Made by a program: the position numbers and the translations under genes
Shown: positions 57,977 to 64,000 of the stretch, one piece after another
How the letters are laid out: the number at the start of each line of letters is the position of its first letter
Numbering within the stretch: the first letter of the stretch is position 1
Notes under the pieces: generated by a model
Seen by the model: only the letters and a program-made list of their open reading frames with translations
Told to the model about the DNA's origin: nothing
The model's database searches: none
Assembly (NCBI GenBank): GCA_043804895.1
Contig: JAZDIN010000025.1
Coordinates: 1-64,000 of the forward strand
DNA length: 64,000 nucleotides
Source: Candidatus Altiarchaeota archaeon
GTDB lineage: Archaea > Altiarchaeota > Altiarchaeia > IMC4 > SCGC-AAA252-I15
Direction of reading: 5' to 3'

Positions 57977-59197
57977 ATGATTAAAGTTAAAAGGCGGGAG
58001 ACGTGTCGCATCTGTGGTTGCCATGACATGCGTAAGGTAATTAATTTTCCTGAATGCCCCCTAGTTGAGGATTTCAGGACAAAAAAGGATGTGGGTGGTG
58101 AATTCCTCTATCCTCTAACCATTTACGTGTGCGAAAGATGTAAGCAGATACAGACACTACACGATGTGGATGTGAGCGGCTACTATAAGGGTTTCATATA
58201 CTCCGTCGCAAGTTCGCCTTTCGCCAGACAGTTCATGAAGAATTTAGCAGGCTCACTCTTTGAGAGATACAACCTGAAGAAGGGAGCGTCCGTCCTTGAG
58301 ATAGGCAGCGGTGACGGTTTCCAGTTGTCTTGCTTCCAAGACATTGGGGCTAGGGTGTACGGTATAGAACCCTCCAAGCCTCTTGTTGATATAAGCTTGG
58401 AAAGGGGGGTCCCAGTCATACAAGCGCTTTTCTCCAATGATGTCCTTGACAGAATACCCAAAGAACTCTTCCCATTTCAGGTGGTCCTTCTGACCTACAC
58501 ATTCGACCACCTTACTGACCCCTTATCCTTCCTTGTCTCAATAAGAGATTTCATAGACCAGAAGAAGGGTCTTCTGGTACTTGAGGTGCACGATCTTCCG
58601 AAGATAATGGAACGAAGAGAGTACTGCCTTTTCGGTCACGAGCACCCATGCTATTTCAGCGTTGACACAATACGCAACGTCCTTGTTGAGGGTGGGTTCG
58701 AGCTTGTTGACTGCGAACTTCTACCTGAAAGCCAAAGACGCGGGAACTCGTTGCTTGTCGTGGCAAAGCCTGCCGCTGACCCACAAAAAACCCCGAAACA
58801 CCTAATCTATCCCAAATTACAACGACTAGAAGCCTATGATGCGTTCGGGCATCAGGTGGAGAATAGCCTGTACAATTTTAGAAACCAGGTAATCGAAGAT
58901 AAAAAAATAGGCACAACGTTCGCTGGATATGGGGCTGGAGGAAGGGGGGTTCTTACCCTGGCGATGACGGGTCTTAAGTCAGATGATATAGGATACCTAT
59001 GCGACAAGAATGAGAAATTCTACGGGTACTACACTCCCAAGTCACATGTGCCGATAGTGCCGCTTGAACACGCGCTTGAGAACATGGTCGATAAAATGAT
59101 CGTGTTTTCATACGGATACATGAAGGACATATCACAAGACATGTCAGGATTTACAAAAAGCGGGGGCATTCTGATACCCCTGCTGGAGCTACTCTAA
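57977..59197 (+). CDS. NDP-hexose C-methyltransferase-like protein
   Basis: CRICG...CERC Zn site, LEIGSGDG, HEHPCYFS, GYGAGGRG C-terminal domain. Confidence 0.85.
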   Translation: MIKVKRRETCRICGCHDMRKVINFPECPLVEDFRTKKDVGGEFLYPLTIYVCERCKQIQTLHDVDVSGYYKGFIYSVASSPFARQFMKNLAGSLFERYNLKKGASVLEIGSGDGFQLSCFQDIGARVYGIEPSKPLVDISLERGVPVIQALFSNDVLDRIPKELFPFQVVLLTYTFDHLTDPLSFLVSIRDFIDQKKGLLVLEVHDLPKIMERREYCLFGHEHPCYFSVDTIRNVLVEGGFELVDCELLPESQRRGNSLLVVAKPAADPQKTPKHLIYPKLQRLEAYDAFGHQVENSLYNFRNQVIEDKKIGTTFAGYGAGGRGVLTLAMTGLKSDDIGYLCDKNEKFYGYYTPKSHVPIVPLEHALENMVDKMIVFSYGYMKDISQDMSGFTKSGGILIPLLELL

Positions 59198-59198
59198 C

Positions 59199-60128
59199 AT
59201 GCGTGCTCTGATCAGCGGCGGAACAGGTTTTGTGGGCTCTCATCTGGTTCGCCGACTGGTCGGTGACGGATGGGATGTCTCGATTCTGGTCAGACGGGAA
59301 AGCGATACTTGGAGGATAAAGGATGTCCTGCGTGACGTTGCCGTCGTATATGGGGACCTGAGGAAACTAAGCGACTGCGAAGAGAAGATAAAATCGCTGA
59401 AACCTGAAGCACTCTTCCATCTTGCATGGCATGGCGCGGGCTCTAACAAGGATGCTAACAACATTGGACAGGTGTTCGACAACATCGATGGGAGCCTTAA
59501 GCTTGTGAAGGCTTGCGGTGAAACTGGATGCAGCTGCATGGTTGGGCTAGGTTCGGTCCTTGAGTACGGTAACTACAGCATCCCCGTCAAAGAGGATGGT
59601 ATAGCCACCCCAAAGACGCTATACGGAACAGCCAAATATGCAACAGGAGTTATCGCAGAGCGTTTATGTGCGCAATACGATATGAGATTCTCCTGGCTTA
59701 GGCTATTCTGGTCATACGGCCCAGCTGACATTGAGACCCGTATGATACCCTACGTGATAACGAGACTCCTTAAGGGTGAGACCCCCTCTCTGACTGAGGG
59801 GAGGCAGAAGTGGGACTACATCTATATTGACGACGCTGTGAACGCAGTGATTTCTGCAGCGGAAAATCAGAAGGCAAATGGATTCTTCAATCTCGGCTCT
59901 GGACAGGCTTATACAGTACGTCACGTCGCGGAAAAGGCAAGGGATCTCATTAACCCGAATCTGAAGCTTGGTTTGGGAAAGATACCCTACGCTCCCGGCC
60001 AGATTATGCACCTTGAGGCTGATATAAACTCCCTACGAACCGCGACAGGATGGAGTCCAAAAGTTGAGCTTGCCGATGGTTTGGCATCGACAATCTCATG
60101 GTATAAAAAACATATGGTGCGTTCATGA
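59199..60128 (+). CDS. NAD-dependent epimerase/4-reductase (extended SDR, CDP-abequose synthase-like)
   Basis: SGGTGFVG, FHLAW, GSVLEYG, YGTAK. Confidence 0.85.
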   Translation: MRALISGGTGFVGSHLVRRLVGDGWDVSILVRRESDTWRIKDVLRDVAVVYGDLRKLSDCEEKIKSLKPEALFHLAWHGAGSNKDANNIGQVFDNIDGSLKLVKACGETGCSCMVGLGSVLEYGNYSIPVKEDGIATPKTLYGTAKYATGVIAERLCAQYDMRFSWLRLFWSYGPADIETRMIPYVITRLLKGETPSLTEGRQKWDYIYIDDAVNAVISAAENQKANGFFNLGSGQAYTVRHVAEKARDLINPNLKLGLGKIPYAPGQIMHLEADINSLRTATGWSPKVELADGLASTISWYKKHMVRS

Positions 60129-60982
60129 GCCTTAAGAGGAAGTCGTGTGACTCAAAAGCACTAGCCACGAGAGTGCGCGCGCATGCGCTCAACATGACAC
60201 ATAACGCCCGCGCCTCACACATCGGTTCGTCCCTTTCAGTCGCTGACATACTTACGGTACTTTACAGCAGAATACTCCGCATCGACCCGGCCAGACCAGA
60301 CTGGCCCATGCGTGACAGGTTCATACTAAGCAAGGGACATGCTGCCGCAGCACTTTACGCAGTGCTTTCAGAGTCAGGATTCCTTCAGAAAAACTCCCTG
60401 AAGACCTACTGCCAGGATGACTCGGCGCTTGGCGGCCACGCATCAATGAAGGTTTCGGGTGTAGACTTTTCAACTGGTTCACTTGGACACGGTCTTGCGA
60501 TAGGATCTGGGATGGCTCTTGCAGCCAAGCGGGATCGCTGCAGATACAGGGTTTTCGTTCTTTTAAGCGATGGCGAATGTAATGAGGGTTCAATCTGGGA
60601 GGCAGCAATGTTCGCTGCACACCACAGGTTGGATAATCTGACCGCTATTATAGACTATAACAAACTGCAGGCGTTTGGCCGAGTTGAGGATGTACTTGAC
60701 CTTGAGCCTCTCGCTGAGAAATGGAAGTCCTTCGGATGGTCAACCCAAGAGATTGATGGCCACAATCACGTTAAGATAGAAGGCGCTCTGAGTCGCGTTC
60801 CTCTCAAATCAGGTAAACCAAGCTGTATAATAGCGCACACAGTTAAAGGCAAGGGTGTCTCTTTCATGGAAGACCAACTTGACTGGCATTACAAGTCGCC
60901 TGACATAAAACAACTAACCTCAGCACTCATCGAGCTTGGGGTACCCAATAATGATCTCCCACCTTGGGGACAACGAAGATGA
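60125..60982 (+). CDS. Transketolase-like N-terminal (ThDP-binding) subunit
   Basis: SHIGSSLS, DRFILSKGH, STGSLGHGL, SDGECNEG, HTVKGKG. Confidence 0.93.
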   Translation: MSLKRKSCDSKALATRVRAHALNMTHNARASHIGSSLSVADILTVLYSRILRIDPARPDWPMRDRFILSKGHAAAALYAVLSESGFLQKNSLKTYCQDDSALGGHASMKVSGVDFSTGSLGHGLAIGSGMALAAKRDRCRYRVFVLLSDGECNEGSIWEAAMFAAHHRLDNLTAIIDYNKLQAFGRVEDVLDLEPLAEKWKSFGWSTQEIDGHNHVKIEGALSRVPLKSGKPSCIIAHTVKGKGVSFMEDQLDWHYKSPDIKQLTSALIELGVPNNDLPPWGQRR

Positions 60983-60988
60983 AAAAAC

Positions 60989-62209
60989 ATGAACCAAAAA
61001 CTTAACTCAAAAAAGGCTACAAGAGTGTACATGTGGCAGAATGGGCTTTGCATAACCTACTTGTTGATTTTCAGAAAGTTCCAGGAATTCCTTAAGGCGA
61101 ATGGCTGGGAAATAGTCAACAAACCCGCCGATGCCGAGTGGATAGTGACCGGGGCATGCGGCAGCTTCCTACCAGTGATAGACGACTACCTCAGGCACAT
61201 CGAGTCCTACCTCCGCGGAGGTAAGAAGGTCTTAGTATACGGCTGCCTGCCAAAAATTACTCCGGAAAGATACCATGAGTACGAAAAAAGGGCGAATCTT
61301 CTAATACCTCCGGAAAGGCCAGAGCTTATAGAGGAACTTATCCCAAATGCTAGGGTCAGATGGTCTGACATCCCAAACAATGGAGAGTTCAGGAGAGAAG
61401 ACTACCGGAACTACGACCCCACGAGGAAGTATGTCCTAATACAATACGGTTGTAGCATAGAGTGCACATACTGCCCTCACGTGAAGGGTATAGGCAAGAA
61501 CGTCAGCAGGTCTAAAAAGGAAGTGATAAATGAGGTCAATTCTATGCTAAACAACGGGGCCAAGACCATATTCCTTGAAGGCAGAGACATAGGGTCCTGG
61601 GGTATCGATCTCAAACAGCAAGACTCCTTCCCCAGCATTCTAGAGGAAATACTAACTCTGCCAGGCAACTTCGACGTCTACGTAAACCAATTTGGAGCTA
61701 ACTGGGCAGTACACTACGGGAAAAGGCTATTCGAACTTTTTGAGAACCCGAAGATAAGGGACGTGCACATACCCATTCAGACGACAAGTGAACGGCTGTT
61801 GACGCTCATGGGACGTAACCCAAATGTTAAAAAACTCAGCCCACTCCTTAAGTCTTTGAGGGTGAACAGACCCAACCTCATGCTCAGGACCGACCTGATA
61901 ATAGGTTTCCCGACCGAGACAGAGGAGGAACTCAATGACACCCTAGAGTTCGTAAAGGAACATTTTGATGAGGTCGCATGTCACGGTCTCGAGCTTCACC
62001 CTAACACCAAACTCATGGAGATGAAGCTGCCCTTCTTCGACCAATCCTTAATCGAAGAGCGCGTAGAACGCGCGAGAAAATACCTTGAGGAAAGCGGTGT
62101 GGTGGCCCACCGCGGAGGCCAGGTCTTCAAGACTATGGTCAAGCGTGAGAGGGTGATGAAAAAGAAGAGGGGGAGGACACATCTGTCAAGGGGTGGCATT
62201 AAGAAATGA
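60989..62209 (+). CDS. MiaB-like (UPF0004 domain) radical SAM protein lacking TRAM
   Basis: N-terminal GLC, GACG and YGCL cysteines; GCSIECTYC; HIPIQTTS; TDLIIGFPTETEEE. Confidence 0.88.
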   Translation: MNQKLNSKKATRVYMWQNGLCITYLLIFRKFQEFLKANGWEIVNKPADAEWIVTGACGSFLPVIDDYLRHIESYLRGGKKVLVYGCLPKITPERYHEYEKRANLLIPPERPELIEELIPNARVRWSDIPNNGEFRREDYRNYDPTRKYVLIQYGCSIECTYCPHVKGIGKNVSRSKKEVINEVNSMLNNGAKTIFLEGRDIGSWGIDLKQQDSFPSILEEILTLPGNFDVYVNQFGANWAVHYGKRLFELFENPKIRDVHIPIQTTSERLLTLMGRNPNVKKLSPLLKSLRVNRPNLMLRTDLIIGFPTETEEELNDTLEFVKEHFDEVACHGLELHPNTKLMEMKLPFFDQSLIEERVERARKYLEESGVVAHRGGQVFKTMVKRERVMKKKRGRTHLSRGGIKK

Positions 62210-63120
62210 GGCCCACATTTGCCAACACTCTTTACGACCTAGCTAAACGAGACAAAGGGGTCTACCTACTCACATCGGACGTAGGCTACTCAGTCTTCGA
62301 GAGGTTCATCGACGACCTACCCAAACAATACGTCAACGTCGGCATAGCTGAAGCCAATATGATTGGCATTTCCGCGGGCCTCGCGTCTTCTGGAAAGAAG
62401 GTTTTCGCCTACTCAATGTCGCATTTCCTAACCCTCCGGTGTTACGAGCAGATAAAACTTGACCTATGTTACCCAAAGCTCAACGTCAAGTTAATAGGTT
62501 CAGGAGGCGGTTTGACTTACGGCTCGCAGGGGCCAACTCACCAGTCGAATGAAGACATCTCGATAATGCGTTCCCTACCCAACATGTGCGTCATTTGCCC
62601 AGGAGATCCTATTGAGACAGGGTATGCAGTGAGAGAGGCGTTGAAACGAGGCGGACCTGTCTACATAAGGCTCAGTAAAAAAGATCCGATTGTGCACGCA
62701 TCTGATGACATAGACTTCCGGATTGGTAAGGGCATCATCCTGAATAATGGTTCAGACCTTACACTCATATCTACTGGCAACATGCTAGCTACGGCAAAGG
62801 AAGTGTGCGAGAGGTTTCAAGCCGATGGAAAAAAGGTGTGTCTTGTGAGCATGCACACTATCAAACCTCTTGACATTAGGTTGGTCAAGGAACTTGCTGA
62901 GACAGGCAGACCGATGTTTTCGCTTGAAGAGCACAGCTTAGTGGGTGGATTGGGAGGTGCAATCTCAGAAGTTCTTGCGGAACTAGACTGCAAGGTCCCA
63001 TTCCGGCGGATAGCCCTACCAGATGGTTTCTGCAACGTTATCGGAAGCCAAACCCACCTGCGGAGGAGTTACGGGCTAGACCCGGATAGTGTTTACAGGA
63101 CTATCAGAGATATCCTATAA
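62206..63120 (+). CDS. Transketolase-like C-terminal subunit
   Basis: NVGIAEANMIG, RCYEQIK, GPTHQSNED, GPVYIRL, EEHSLVGGLG. Confidence 0.93.
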   Translation: MRPTFANTLYDLAKRDKGVYLLTSDVGYSVFERFIDDLPKQYVNVGIAEANMIGISAGLASSGKKVFAYSMSHFLTLRCYEQIKLDLCYPKLNVKLIGSGGGLTYGSQGPTHQSNEDISIMRSLPNMCVICPGDPIETGYAVREALKRGGPVYIRLSKKDPIVHASDDIDFRIGKGIILNNGSDLTLISTGNMLATAKEVCERFQADGKKVCLVSMHTIKPLDIRLVKELAETGRPMFSLEEHSLVGGLGGAISEVLAELDCKVPFRRIALPDGFCNVIGSQTHLRRSYGLDPDSVYRTIRDIL

Positions 63121-63156
63121 TCAAAAGTTATTAAGGGGGGGCACAGAATCTATACC

Positions 63157-63879
63157 ATGCCAGAAAGTGGATTCAAAGGTCCGATATTCTCGATAATCAT
63201 CCCCTCATACAACGAAGAGGAAACATTGCCAATATCGATTCCCGATTTATTAAAGCATCTTGGAGAGGCGGAAATATCAGATTTTGAGCTCTTGATAGTA
63301 GATAATGGCTCCTTTGACAAAACAGGTGACGTAATACGCGAGCTAATGGGAAAAGACAGGAGGATAAGGTCCGTAAGGGTTCCTTTCAACCAGGGGTGGG
63401 GGTTAGGCGTGATGTCAGGGTGCTCTCAGGCGTTGGGCAGGTACGTCGTGTATATGTGCGCGGACCTGCAGGTGCCTCACAAAGCCCTGGTTGAGGTGTG
63501 CGAGAGGATTGCCAGGGAAGACTCTGACAAAGTTATCGTCAAGGTGAATAGGGTTGTTAGGGATGACGGGGTAGCCAGGGGGATATCATCCAACCTCTAC
63601 AACCTTTTTATTAACCTCATGTTCCTTGGGGTTTCACCAGACGTTAACGGCACACCCAAGGCACTTTCCCTGAAGTTGTGGAGGCAGCTTGACGTGAGGA
63701 ACAGGGGTTCGTTTACTGACACTGAGGTCTTGATTAAGGCTAAGAGGGCTAATGCGAGGATTATCGAGATAGAAACAGTTTCAGTTAAGAGGATATGTGG
63801 TTCGTCCACTGTTAGGATATCCCAACTTCCTTTTGAGATGTTTTTTGACGCCATCAAATTCAGGCTAAACATTACCTAG
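63157..63879 (+). CDS. Glycosyltransferase family 2 (DPM1-like)
   Basis: SIIIPSYNEE, VDNGSFDKT, NQGWG, CADLQ. Confidence 0.9.
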   Translation: MPESGFKGPIFSIIIPSYNEEETLPISIPDLLKHLGEAEISDFELLIVDNGSFDKTGDVIRELMGKDRRIRSVRVPFNQGWGLGVMSGCSQALGRYVVYMCADLQVPHKALVEVCERIAREDSDKVIVKVNRVVRDDGVARGISSNLYNLFINLMFLGVSPDVNGTPKALSLKLWRQLDVRNRGSFTDTEVLIKAKRANARIIEIETVSVKRICGSSTVRISQLPFEMFFDAIKFRLNIT

Positions 63880-63926
63880 ATGTCATAGACTGACTTGATG
63901 TCAATGTGATTGGTGTGGGCGTTAAT

Positions 63927-64000
63927 ATGGTAAGGAAAATCAATGTAACGGATCATTGGCTTGTACTGGTAGTATTCCTTTTGTCTATAGTCTACATTAC
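63927..64000 (+). CDS. Start of a membrane protein (partial, runs off window end)
   Basis: ATG 63927, MVRKINVTDHWLVLVVFLLSIVYI, open to the window end. Confidence 0.4.
   Translation, partial: MVRKINVTDHWLVLVVFLLSIVYI

Overview
An archaeal chromosomal window. Archaeal-type RFC-L, TBP, eS1/uS15/eS17/eL40, Pcc1, CDC48, translin and an intron-containing tRNA support this. A DPANN/Altiarchaeota-like origin is my inference from the gene set and the orphan Cys-rich surface proteins, and is not proven. Bases ~1-40,400 are mostly housekeeping genes (replication, nucleotide metabolism, purQLS/purA, serS, trpS, truD, rtcA, ribosomal proteins) interspersed with orphan ORFs. Bases ~40,400-64,000 are a large surface-glycan cluster: an AglH/GPT-type initiating transferase, five GT4, one GT2, a flippase, two AsnB-like amidotransferases, heptose-activation enzymes and a CDP-sugar modification operon. 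The most notable observations are: (1) an initiator tRNA-Met with two 35-nt BHB-type introns (30/31 and 37/38), overlapped at its 3' end by a convergent, free-standing, AT-rich LAGLIDADG endonuclease gene, a candidate collaborative-homing system for tRNA introns; (2) a TRAM-less MiaB-like radical SAM gene between the two halves of a split transketolase in the CDP-sugar operon; (3) a SAMHD1-like dNTPase with a C-terminal PIP-box-like motif, head-to-head with an RFC-L that lacks one; (4) several intergenic hairpin clusters, including a MITE-like element abutting tRNA-Gly; (5) a candidate structured sRNA upstream of cdc48. All calls come from reading motifs by eye; no database searches were run.
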